NCBI RefSeq assembly: GCF_001194135.2
Contig: NC_068990.1
Location: forward strand, 69,418,585 to 69,482,584
Length of the DNA: 64,000 bases
From: Octopus bimaculoides
Taxonomy: Eukaryota
Direction of reading: 5' to 3'
The notes under the pieces are model-generated. The model searched no databases. It was not told the origin of the DNA and saw nothing but the letters and a program-made list of their open reading frames with translations. Position 1 is the first letter of the stretch; each line of letters begins with the position of its first letter. This document shows positions 26,444 to 39,285 of this stretch, one piece after another. The position numbers and the translations under genes are program-made.

Positions 26444-26585
26444 GCTTGTAGAAAATTCAAAAATGATGGTGCATGTGTTCCATTCTGTCCTCAAATGTAT
26501 ATCTATAATGAAAAAACTTTCCAGCAGGAACGGAATCCAAATTACAAATATTCCTATGGCTCTCTGTGTGTGAAAGATTGTCCAA
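26444..26585 (+). CDS. EGFR: EGFR exon: domain II dimerization arm
   Basis: tatag acceptor, gtgag donor; phase 0/1; ACRKFKNDGACVPFCPQMYIYNEKTFQQERNPNYKYSYGSLCVKDCP. Confidence 0.95.
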
Positions 26586-29224
26586 GTGAGTTAAACACTT
26601 TTAAAATAAACATTTCTACTAATTGACGGATGGATGCAAAATCACTGCAGTTTCTTTCTTCTCTCTTCATGTGACACACCTGGTTCACTGGTATCAGCAA
26701 TCATGGACCTCCATGCCAAATTTCATGATATTTGAGGGGAAGAGAAAGTTACAGTAGTGGTTTCCCATTACTTTTTGCCATTATTCTTACTAGTCTCTTG
26801 CTCTCCCAAGCTTGTCTTAATTAACCCTTGGCAGACCTTCATGTAGCATCAGTACATGTCCACACACCGGTGGGCCTGTGTGACATATGTCTAAAGGTCA
26901 ACCTTCCTCCCTGACCTACATGCTTTAGCCACAAAACCATCTTCTGTTATTTGACTCCCTTAAACTCTTAAACTCTTGAACTACAGCTTCTCTACAAGAT
27001 GCATTTTAATATCTTGCTCAAGACTACACAGAGGCTTAACATATCAATATTCATGTATAATAGTCAAGATGAAGGGTAAGAGTTTGCCCTTCTCTGATTA
27101 TTGGCATAGACCAGTTTCCACATTCAAAAATGGCAATTTTATAGTTACTCACATTGGTTACATTCCAAGTTGTATATACAGGTTATATTCTCATGATTAA
27201 GATACTAGTATCTTCTTGTAGATTATCTAACTGTTTGAAGTGCCACTCCTTATCTTAAATTATCTTGGTCATTCAAAGGACAGATGCATGTCATTAAAAG
27301 CTTATCTTATCTTATTTTGATAACACACTGTTATTTTGAAGACCTTTCCTGCTGTGATATTGAAGAATGTTGGGGGCTTTTTGCTTTTGTTGTCTAACCT
27401 TACAAGTTACTTGCTCACTCCACAAGTGCCATAAAATAAAAATAAAAAGGCATCCAGTACACACTGTAAAGTGGTTGACATCAGGATGGTCATCCAACCA
27501 TAGAAATCATATCAAAGCTGATAATGGAGCTCAATGCAGTCCCGTAATTCATTGGATCCTGTCAGATTGTCCACCCAACACCAAAATGGAAAACAGATAC
27601 ACACACACACGCATGCATGCACGCACATATGCACACGCACACACACATAACACAATAATTTATTATTTTGAAAATGGTGAATAGAATTTTTATTTCAATA
27701 AATTTTTATTAAATTTTATCTCAAATGACATCTTACATCATGAAATCCAATTTATGAAACTCTGAATCATATCAAATGTGAAGTCCTGACATTGTATTTG
27801 TCATTGTATTTGTCATTGTAATTTGAAATATCTAGAAACTATGATTCTTTTATGTATGATAAGAATCTTCAGATGTGACTGTTTGTTACACCCTCCCCTC
27901 CCATCACAACCAACTGAAACTTAATTCCATTCAACCAATCTGATATTTAAACCATCCATATCTGGTCGAAATTTTCTACCTCCTTTATGTTCAAACCAGC
28001 ATGGTCTGACCTTTCACACTTAGTCTACAATATCATTCTAGAAATAAACAATCATATAATCAAAATATCAAAGTTACAAGACAATGCATGATTAATTTTT
28101 AAAGAAATGTGAATAAATGTTACATTTGACAAAGTAATCTGAATGCCAAAGGTTTAAACCAATCTGACGTTTAACTTCTAGTTTAACATTTGACATCGAT
28201 GTAGTTTCCGGCCAACTTCACTTTCATCAGGTTTACACAAATCTTTTCAATTCTACATGATAAAGGAAAAATGAATATGTAAATCAAATCCTGTCCTTTA
28301 CTATGAGACAACTATAAAACGTGACATTTTATGAAGTTTTACCATCTGAAAAACAAAATACTGCTTCTTCTGGAGAGTTTGGAAAACAATATCTTAACCC
28401 TTCTGTTATCATGTTTCTGTTGAAATACATTGCATTAACTTCAATTTTTTAAATAATGAAGATTTTAGTGAAATAATTTTGTTATTTAGCTGGTGTTTGG
28501 AACATCTAGAGTGAACTCTTGTGTCCTAAGGGTGCTCCTGTACTCTTATCTTTGAATGCAGGATTCAGTGTCACATCAAGCAGTATAGCAATTCTGTAGG
28601 TGTTTCAACCCCCTTCCTATTTCGTTACTGCCCACAAGGGGCTACACACAGAGGGGACAAGCAAGGACAGACTAACGGATTAAGGTGATTATATCGACCC
28701 CAGTGCGTAACTGGTACTTATTTAATCGACCCCAAAAGGATGAAAGGCAAAGTCGACCTCGGCAGAATTTGAACTCAGAACGTAGCGACAGACGAAATAC
28801 CGCTAAGCATTTCGCCTGGCATGCTAACGTTTCTGCCAGCTCGCCGCCTTCCACTGTGATACTCGAGCTGCCTGGGGCCACCCACAAATGTAGGTGACAA
28901 AACTCCCACATGACATCACCTACTTTCTTGAGTAAGATGTCATGAACATGGGCCAGATGTTTCTGTCATCTCAAATGCTTGATCTTGCTTCACCAGTTGT
29001 CGTGTCTCTCGAACCAGTAACTTTAACATGAATGATTGATGGAGGGGTTTTAATTTGGATCACTTCAAAACAGTAAGTTTTGTATTATAGAAAGGCAGTC
29101 TGAGGCAGATCTTTATCAAAAGGGTAAATGTGAAAGGCCAGCAGCAATATTTCTCATATTCTTTGTCCATTTTCTTTTAGCTTTCTAAGTGTATTCTATC
29201 AGTGTTATTAGTCTGTTGTTACAG

Positions 29225-29326
29225 AGCATATGTTGAAAGATAATGCTGCATGTGTAAGAAAATGTCCTGTGGAGAAACAGGTAATAAACAACACCTGTGT
29301 GAAATGTGAAGGAGCCTGCCCAAAAA
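29225..29326 (+). CDS. EGFR: EGFR exon: end of domain II
   Basis: tacag acceptor, gtaag donor; phase 1/1; KHMLKDNAACVRKCPVEKQVINNTCVKCEGACPK. Confidence 0.93.
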
Positions 29327-29591
29327 GTAAGTGTTCTTATGGATTATTTTATTGTTGTTGTTGTTGTTGATAATAATAATGATTTCAAATTTTGGTTCTA
29401 GGCCAGCAATTCTGGAAGAGGAATATGTTGATTACATCGAACCCAGTTTTCAGCTGGTACTTATTTTATTGACCCCGAAATGATGGAAGGCAAAGTCAAC
29501 CTGGACGGAACTTGAACTCAGAACCCGAAGACTGATGAAATGCTGCTAAGTATTTTGCCCAGAGTGTTAATGATTCTGCCAGCTTGCCAAC

Positions 29592-29626
<35 letters not shown>

Positions 29627-31054
29627 GCCACTATGGTCCCAACTCAAATTTTGGAAGTTGACTTTGCATTTCACCTGTTTCAGGTCAACAAAACAAGTAC
29701 CTGTTAAACACTGGGGTCAATGTAATCATTATATTCTTTACTTGGACTGTACAGGCAGACTTGGATGTTTGACATCCCTTTGAATGGTTTTGGTCCACAC
29801 CTTTTATATATATANNNNNNNNNNNNNNNNNNNNNNNNNNNNNNNNNNNNNNNNNNNNNNNNNNNNNNNNNNNNNNNNNNNNNNNNNNNNNNNNNNNNNN
29901 NNNNNNNNNNNNNNNNNNNNNNNNNNNNNNNNNNNNNNNNNNNNNNNNNNNNNNNNNNNNNNNNNNNNNNNNNNNNNNNNNNNNNNNNNNNNNNNNNNNN
30001 NNNNNNNNNNNNNNNNNNNNNNNNNNNNNNNNNNNNNNNNNNNNNNNNNNNNNNNNNNNNNNNNNNNNNNNNNNNNNNNNNNNNNNNNNNNNNNNNNNNN
30101 NNNNNNNNNNNNNNNNNNNNNNNNNNNNNNNNNNNNNNNNNNNNNNNNNNNNNNNNNNNNNNNNNNNNNNNNNNNNNNNNNNNNNNNNNNNNNNNNNNNN
30201 NNNNNNNNNNNNNNNNNNNNNNNNNNNNNNNNNNNNNNNNNNNNNNNNNNNNNNNNNNNNNNNNNNNNNNNNNNNNNNNNNNNNNNNNNNNNNNNNNNNN
30301 NNNNNNNNNNNNNNNNNNNNNNNNNNNNNNNNNNNNNNNNNNNNNNNNNNNNNNNNNNNNNNNNNNNNNNNNNNNNNNNNNNNNNNNNNNNNNNNNNNNN
30401 NNNNNNNNNNNNNNNNNNNNNNNNNNNNNNNNNNNNNNNNNNNNNNNNNNNNNNNNNNNNNNNNNNNNNNNNNNNNNNNNNNNNNNNNNNNNNNNNNNNN
30501 NNNNNNNNNNNNNNNNNNNNNNNNNNNNNNNNNNNNNNNNNNNNNNNNNNNNNNNNNNNNNNNNNNNNNNNNNNNNNNNNNNNNNNNATATATATATAAA
30601 TGTATAATGGGAATTTTAATAAAACAAAAGACGAAGAGAGGTGTGTAAACAGAAAACAAACAGGTATGTTAGTTTAGCCCTTGGGAAGGTGAGAAAGTTG
30701 TTTTCATTTTGAGCCTGCGCTCTTCAACAGAAAAGAAAAACAAGAAAATAAACAGAGAGAATAAAAAAGAAAGCTTTAGTAGCTAGAGGTCAATCATGGC
30801 AATATATATGCATGTATATATGTATATATACATCTGCACAGATATATGTATATATATNNNNNNNNNNATATATATATATATATGTATATGTATATCTGAG
30901 ACCCTCCTTCAGTCATGACTGACCATGAGATTGCACCTAGAAAGTTATCCTCCGAGGCACAAGTCTGGACAAGGTTGTTTATGGAAGACCAGCAGTCGCC
31001 CATGCATATCGGCCTTCCTTCTCCATGTCACCAGTGTTATCCAAGGGAAAGGCA

Positions 31055-31099
<45 letters not shown>

Positions 31100-31909
31100 A
31101 ATTTAAAATTAGGATAACATCTTTATAAGAATTTATCAAGTAGTTAGCATGCAAAACCTCATAAGGGAAATATTTATTAATTATTCCTTTTAAATATATT
31201 TATTTGTATTAAGGGCATTACTATACATAAATGCCTCATGCTAGGAGGGACTTTTAAAGTCTAAACTACCACAATGAACACACATTGTACCGCTGCAAGG
31301 GAATGCAACTCTCAAAGCGAGCCTTTTAAAAACAGATTCAGCCACAGATCATATGAATTCATAATTAGTGCACAAAATGCACTTTTTAATCGTCTCTGCA
31401 GGCATTAAGACATAAAAATGAACAAAAAAGATCAACATACCAGACGAACACCAAATGTATCCAGCATAGTACATAGAATTGTTGACACTTATATATCTAT
31501 GTAAGAGGTGGGCTTTTCGAATTGCATCTCAGTATACGTGTTTATTCAGGATAAAATTCAGCACTGATATATTCTGGTTAAATTTACAATTTAAAAATAG
31601 GATAAAATCTTTATAAGAATTTATCAAGTAGTTAGCGTGAAAAACCTCATAAAGGAAAAATTTATTAATTATCCCCTTTAAATATATTTATATATTATCA
31701 TTGCTTTTATGAGGTTCAATGGCCAAAAGATGCCATATATATATATATATATATTTATGTATATATTAATATTATCTTGGTTGAAAAACTTTGATAATGC
31801 AAGTATGTTGATAGTTACCAGAGTAGCAAAAATCACACAAAAACTGGGATATTATACCCGGTTAAGGGTTAGAAATTCCATGTTAAAGTGATGTATTTTG
31901 AGTTGATAT

Positions 31910-32115
31910 AAAGAATAATAATAAATGGAGCAAAACACATATAATCAATAAGTTCCTTTAATTCCTACATATGTTTCAAAAATTATATTCACTCTATACC
32001 AGCATCTCATACTACTTTGGAGTAGAGTACATATAATTTTTGAAACATATGTAGGAATTAAAGGAACTTATTGATTATATGTGTTTGTATTTTGCTCCAT
32101 TTATTATTATTCTTT
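31910..32115. repeat. 79-bp inverted repeat (fold-back)
   Basis: 31910-31988 is the reverse complement of 32031-32115 apart from a 6-nt insertion in the right arm. Confidence 0.95.
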
Positions 32116-32257
32116 GTATATATATATATATATATGTTCCTTTCTGTGGAAGAGCGTAGGCTCAAAACGTTAAAGACTTTTTCACTTCCCGAGCATTAAA
32201 CTAATAGATTTGTTTGTTGTCTACACCACCTGTTTTCGACTTTTGATTTTTGTGAAT

Positions 32258-32290
<33 letters not shown>

Positions 32291-32712
32291 ATATAACATA
32301 CATATATATTCCCCCTGGATGGGAAGCCAGTCTGTTGCAGGATTACTCATTTTTGCCAGCTGAGTAGACTGGAACAACATGAACTGTTTTGCTCAAGTAC
32401 ACAACGCATAGCCTTATCCGGGAATGAAAACCTCATTCTTACTATCCCAAATGCAACACTCTAAATACTAAGCCACACACACACGCATATGTATGATTGT
32501 GTGTGTGTTAGTGCTTTGCAACTGTTGACAGTTGTCTGATCTTTAAATGTTTGTGGAAAAATGGCAGAAAGAAAATTCATATATTCCTGCCAAGAGCAAA
32601 CCTTTGCTACTTAAACCTTTAATTCTATCTAGAAATAATTATTCTACCAAACTCTCTGCCTGATGTCATCGGTAGTTTTTTTTTCTATCTCTCTCTCTCT
32701 CTNNNNNNNNNN

Positions 32713-32764
<52 letters not shown>

Positions 32765-33749
32765 GTATGCGTGTGTATGTGTGTGTGTGTATTTATATAT
32801 GCATATATATATATGTATGTATATATTTATATATATCTTTTTATACATATATATATATGCATGTGTATATTTATATATACACATCAATATCAAAAGCAAA
32901 TCAAGATCAAAATCAAAATGGAAATTGTAGTTGTGGCCGACGCCAGTGCCACCTGACTTGCACCCGTGCTGGTGGCACATAATAAGCACCATTCAAGTGT
33001 GGGTCAATGCCAGTGTTGCCTGACTGGCTCCCTGTGCCAGTGGCACATAAAAAGCACCATCCAAACGTGGTTGATGCCAGTCCCCTTCCCCAGACTGGCT
33101 CCTGTGCTGGTGGCATGTAAAAAGCACTGTCTGAACGTGGTCGATGCTAGTGCCACCTGACTGACTCTTGGGCCGGTGACATGTAAAAAGCACCCACTAC
33201 ACTCTCGGGGTGATTGGCTCTGTGTGTGTGATATTCTTTTGCCAAATTTTCTGTTATACAACATATATATATATATATATGTAATATGTTTGAGGTTTCA
33301 CTACATATATATNNNNNNNNNNNNNNNNNNNNNNNNNNNNNNNNNNNNNNNNNNNNNNNNNNNNNNNNNNNNNNNNNNNNNNNNNNNNNNNNNNNNNNNN
33401 NNNNNNNNNNNNNNNNNNNNNNNNNNNNNNNNNNNNNNNNNNNNNNNNNNNNNNNNNNNNNNNNNNNNNNNNNNNNNNNNNNNNNNNNNNNNNNNNNNNN
33501 NNNNNNNNNNNNNNNNNNNNNNNNNNNNNNNNNNNNNNNNNNNNNNNNNNNNNNNNNNNNNNNNNNNNNNNNNNNNNNNNNNNNNNNNNNNNNNNNNNNN
33601 NNNNNNNNNNNNNNNNNNNNNNNNNNNNNNNNNNNNNNNNNNNNNNNNNNNNNNNNNNNNNNNNNNNNNNNNNNNNNNNNNNNNNNNNNNNNNNNNNNNN
33701 NNNNNNNNNNNNNNNNNNNNNNTTTTTTTTTTTTTTTTTTTTTTTATAG

Positions 33750-33855
33750 CCTGCGAAGGAACAAAACTATGGTTGACTTCAAAGAACATTAAGCCTTTCA
33801 AGGACTGTACCATTATTGAGGGTAATCTCGTTATGTACCAAGTATCATTCGATGG
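33750..33855 (+). CDS. EGFR: EGFR exon: start of L2
   Basis: poly-T then atag acceptor, gtaaat donor; phase 1/2; TCEGTKLWLTSKNIKPFKDCTIIEGNLVMYQVSFDG. Confidence 0.92.
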
Positions 33856-34590
33856 GTAAATTATCTATTTCATATTTTCATTGAATACAAGGCATGATAA
33901 AAAAAACCCTCAGATTCACAATTTTTTGATAAATGTTTGAACAGCAAACTCACAGCATGCACCAATTCAAACAAATAAATGATAACTGCAACAAAATATA
34001 GTAAAACATTAACTACATGACAACTCCATTACTACCAGCCCAATTTTATTGTTGCCATACCAATGGCCATGCAAAATATGGGAAGGTCTTCTGCCATACC
34101 CTATTAGTTGTTTCTTTTTCCAATTGTTGTCTGACTATGTGTCACATACAATAAATGAAACAATAAGGCAATGATGTAATCAATGTTGATGAACTTATAC
34201 AGCTCTTAAGTGCAAAAAAAGTATGGTCATTAGTAAAATATGCCATGCTTTTACAAATTGGTATTTAGTTACCTGCACAGTAGTCATCAAAAGACATGGA
34301 CAACAGACAACCTCTTGACTCTCCCGCCTTTTCACCCAACAGCACACCCAAGCTGTAACAGCTGAAGGGAGAGAGAGAGCTACCTTGATATACAGCTGTT
34401 ACTCATTTTCATTTCAATAGACTGGAGCAATGTTAAAAGATGTAAATTGCTCAAGGTGACAGTGCACTGCTTGGTCCAGGAATTAAGCTTGAGATATGAA
34501 GTGATTTTTTAAATTCTCAATCGCAGAATAATGCTAATAATATAGCTTGAACAGGATAAACTATCCCTATTTTGCAGAGAAAAGTGTAGG

Positions 34591-34665
34591 TGGCTAGCTG
34601 TGGACTCGAACTCACATCCCCGTGATTACATGTCACGATGCTCTGACCGATTAAGCTAAACTACC
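34591..34665 (-). pseudogene. tRNA-like sequence (pseudogene or SINE head), anticodon loop reading TGT (Thr-like)
   Basis: A box TAGCTTAATCGG, B box GTTCGAGTC, anticodon stem CGTGA/TCACG; acceptor and T stems imperfect. Confidence 0.5.
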
Positions 34666-35547
34666 CACTACAAATTCCTCCGCAAATTAAGATATATAAA
34701 TCTTGCTTTATGAGACGCTCTCATATGTTAAATTCAAATTACGACAAACATAAATAAACAAACGAAGTTTGCTTTTAGAAGCATTGAGATGTCTTTTAGA
34801 AAGTTAAAGAAGTGATTTTTTAAAGTTCTCAATCGCAGAATAATGCTAATAATATAGCCTGAACAGGATAAACTATCCCTATTTTGCAGAGAAAAGTGTA
34901 GGTGGCTAGCTGTGGACTCGAACTCACATCCCCGTGATTACATGTCACGATGCTTTGGGTTTCAAATTTTAGGATAAGGCCAGTAATTTCAGAAGAGAGG
35001 GTTAAGTTGATTATACTGACCCCAGTGTTCAACTGGTACTTATTTTATTGACTCCAAAAGGATGAAAGGAAAAGTTATCCACTGCAGAATTTGAACTCAT
35101 AACATAAAGATGAACAAAATGCCACTAAGAATTTAGCCCAGCGTGCCAACAATTTTTGCCTGTTCACCACCTTAATTAAGCCTGAGATATTACAATCATG
35201 AGCCACATGCTCTAGCCACTAGTCTACATGCCTCTAGTGTTGATGAATTTCACTCATGTTATTATTTATCATTCAACTTGTAATTTAATTAAGTCTTCAA
35301 AATTTCATAAGATTTTTGTTATTCAAAACTGTAGAATAGAGAAAACTGAAAGGAATAAAATATGCACACATACAACAGCAGAAAATTCTGCAGACGAGAA
35401 GACCACTATATGAATGTAATGACAAAATTCTATAGTTATTTCAAAATTGTATTTGTTTCGCAGATGAATACAGTTAGATTATCTAAGAAACATAACTCTG
35501 TATTATTTCTAATGGAGTTATCTCCCTTGCCATTTCATTTTATATTT

Positions 35548-36065
35548 ATCACTAGCTTAACAGCTGTACAACGTGCGGACTATTAGGCTAGCTTCTGCGG
35601 AGGGCAAATTGGGCCTAAGGCCTAAAACTAAAGAGAGCTAAATAGCATGACTATGATATATCTGTAATGACTATATTGCCCCGGTGATCTTTGACCAGAA
35701 CGGATCAGAATTAATTCTATAATGTAGTCATTCTCTTGTTCAGTCCTAAGTTGAATTCCAACTGTTGGTCAATTTGTCCCAAAGTTCTTATTTCAACATA
35801 AAATTAACGATGCAAATGCCAGTTATCTCTAACGCCAATCGAGATAGCGTGAATCAGCCAAGCTTTACCTGCTAGAAATAGCAACTCAAATGCTTTCGAA
35901 TCAGATCCTTATGCTGGATGTTCTTGAACCAAATGAAGGGCAGATTTTCAATCTTGGGATCATCCTGATTCCAAAAAGCTATAATATGTCTATGTAAAAC
36001 AAATGTAGATTGAGATACAGCGATCACAGACAGACAAAATTTCGTGTTTATTATCATAGAAGGAT
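35548..36065 (+). mobile_element. Possible non-autonomous Helitron/Helentron-like element
   Basis: Starts ACTAGC... and ends acagacagac...tttattatcatagaaggat, resembling DINE-1/HINE-type termini; called from motif memory only. Confidence 0.3.
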
Positions 36066-36688
36066 TTACAAATGTAAAAGCATTTTAAATCTGCAGTGTG
36101 GTTTACTTGAGTGTTACAATGTCATGTGGCCTAAATAAATCACCCCAATCAAAAATCATCATGAGCTTTTACATTGTCATTCAATTTGCTAGAAATAGCT
36201 GTCAAATACACTTTCAAACCACAGTCTTAATATATGCGCACATATGTGTGTAGTAAGAAGTCTGCTTCTCAACTACATCATTTGGGGTTCAGTACCACTT
36301 TATGGCACTTTTGGCAGATATCTTCTATTATAACCCCAGGCCATCCAATGCCTAATGAGGAGATTTGGTAAATAGGAAGTAAAAGAAGCCCTTTGTGCAT
36401 GTGTGTGTAGATATCTTTTATGTTTTTACTTGTTTCAGTCATTTCACTGTGGCCATGTTGGTGCACTGCCTTGAAGGGTTTTAGTCAAATGAATTGCTCC
36501 CAGGACTTGTTTCCTTTTTTTCTTTTTTTAGACCTAGTATTTATTCTATCAGTCCCTTTTGCTGAACTGCTAAGTTACAGAAATGTAAACACATCAACAC
36601 CAGTTGTCAAGTGGTGGAGGGGGACAAACACAGAGACAAAGTCACATGCACATACACACGCACATATACATATGTACATATATATATG

Positions 36689-36727
<39 letters not shown>

Positions 36728-38939
36728 CCAGGCTTCTTTCAGTTTCTGTCTGCCAAATCCACTCAACAGGCTTTTGGGTCAGCTCAAGGTGCCATGCAGT
36801 GGGACTGAACCCAGAACCATGTGGTCGGGAAGTAAGCTTCTTACCACACAGCTACACCTATATCTATCTATTTGTCTGTGTCTGTCTGTGTGAGAAATGC
36901 CACTAAGCATTTTGCTTGACATACTAACAATTCTGCTAGCTCACCACCTTACACACACATATATCATTATCATCATCATCATCATCATCGTTCTCATCAT
37001 TTAACATCCATGTTCCATGCTGGCATAGATTGAACACTTTGACAGAATCCAACTTGTAAGATGACAATGCCAAACTTTCATGTCTGCTTTGGCATGGTTC
37101 CTCCAGCTGGATGCCTTTTCTTAATGCCAGCCACTTTACTGAGTGTACTGGGTGCTTTTTATGGCACTGGGACTTGTGAGATTGCCAAGTAATTTGCAAG
37201 ACAAAGACCTTTCATAGGATGGGGATGTAATAGTGAGAGAGATAGCTTTTGGCCAGGCATATACAGTATAAGCCAGAAAGAGGGAAGGAACAGATGTCTT
37301 GCTGTAGGGTAGGTACATGGATACCCCTGCAGGAAAAGGAGATAGGGTATTAGGATGTAACTTAAGGTGGATAGAGAGAGAATAGGAATTGATGGAAGAG
37401 AGATGGGAGAGGCAGAGAATCAATCAAGAATGGCTGAATGTGTAAGTAGTGGGGATTAAAGTGAGATGTGGGGAGAGAAGATGCACAGTGACAGAGGTCT
37501 GACATGCATAGGGGTGGATATAGTCAGTTACAAAAGAAGTGTCGATAGCAGAGATGAGCTGTTCAAATGATGTTGGGAGTATGGGATGGGTGCCAGGGGG
37601 AGTGGTTCCAAGACAAGGGATTACTGGTAGCGCAAAACAGGGGAGTAATATGTGCAGTTCAGTTGCCATATATTTGACTGGCACTCAGTCAGTTACGACA
37701 ATGAGTTTTCCAGTTGATTCAATCACTAGAACAGCCCTTTTGTGAAATTAATGTGCAAGTGGCTGAGCATTCCACAGACACACATACTCATAACACAGGT
37801 CTCGGCGATACTCAGCATGACATATCCACCCTTATGTGTATCAGACTTCTGTCACTGTGCATCTTCTCTCCCCACATGTGACAAGGCTGACCATTTGAAA
37901 TACAGGTTCTCCTCATTTTTGTCATTTGAGTGGATTGGAGCAATGGGAAATGAAGTGTCTTGCTCAAAGACACTACATGCTTCCAGGAGTCAAACTCGCA
38001 ACATTGCAATCATGAGACAAATACCACAACCACATAACCACACACCTACATGCCATATACTTATAGTAATTGAGCAATAGCAGTGTTGTCAGAGGGGTGG
38101 GTGTTGCGAAGATGAAGGCTAGGAAATGTGATAGGCACATGTTAGATGTAGGATGCAAAGATATTGATGATGGGCTTTTAAGCCTTGTTTTTACTGGGAA
38201 GCGATAGGTCTTTTCATATAGTAGGTGTATACACAAACACATATATCTTAGGAATATAACATATATACATAATTGTATACATATGCAAATTTTAAAACAG
38301 AGAAATAAGGAACTATAAACCTGAAGCACATTATTTGCTGAAAGTGGTCTGTTGATAGAGGACCACATTAGTGCTTACTGGTGATATTTGATCTCTGTTT
38401 TCTTACTGCATTTCTTACCAGCATTATAGTGTAGTGAAGTACAATGACAACAGACAATTATATACAGAAAAGATTTAAACATGTGCAGGTATGGCTTTGT
38501 GGTTAGAAGGTTGCTTCCCAACTACATGGTTCTAGATTCAGTCCCACTGCATGGCACCTTGGGCAAGTGTCTGTTACTATAGCTTTAGGTCAGCCAAAGT
38601 TTCGTGAGTGGATGTGGTAGACAGAAACTAAAAGAAGCCCATCATATAATGTATGTATGTCTTTGTGTCTGTGTTTGTCTCCCACCACAGCTTGACAACT
38701 GGTGTTGGTGTGTTTACATCCTCATAACTTAGCAGTTTGGCATAAAAGATCAATAGAATAAGTACCAGGCTGTGAAAAAAAGGGTACTGGGATTTATTCA
38801 TTCAAGTAAAAGACACAATTCTTCAAGGCTGTGCCTCAGCATGGCTGCTGTCTAATGACTGAAACAAGTGATAGATAAAAGATAAAAGACATGATTTATA
38901 AAGCATCAAAAACTATAAAATTATTTGTATGTGTTTCAG

Positions 38940-39107
38940 AGACAGCAAAGGCAACATTAGTGCTTTGAGCATCAGCGATCTTGACTATCTAAAGAGCATT
39001 CGAGAAATAACAGGTTATTTAGTTATTCAAGCAAGCCCACCCGAGTTGGAAACGCTGTCATTTCTAGAAAACCTTGAAGCTATTGGTGGACGCAATGAAG
39101 CTATAGA
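38940..39107 (+). CDS. EGFR: EGFR exon: L2
   Basis: ttcag acceptor, gtaag donor; phase 2/2; DSKGNISALSISDLDYLKSIREITGYLVIQASPPELETLSFLENLEAIGGR. Confidence 0.95.
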
Positions 39108-39234
39108 GTAAGTATACATATGTGTGTGTGTGTGTGTGTTCATGTGAATATCTGTTCATATACCAATCAAACTATTTATATGTGTATGTGTGTATGAGAC
39201 AGAGAAATAGTGAGTGAGATTTCTTATGTGCTTT

Positions 39235-39285
<51 letters not shown>

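Noticed and set aside
28185-28235. Minus-strand CTGATGA...GAAAC...GTC hammerhead candidate, and a similar one at 63728-63755
   Set aside because: Stem I and stem II do not pair in the first; GAAA is missing in the second.
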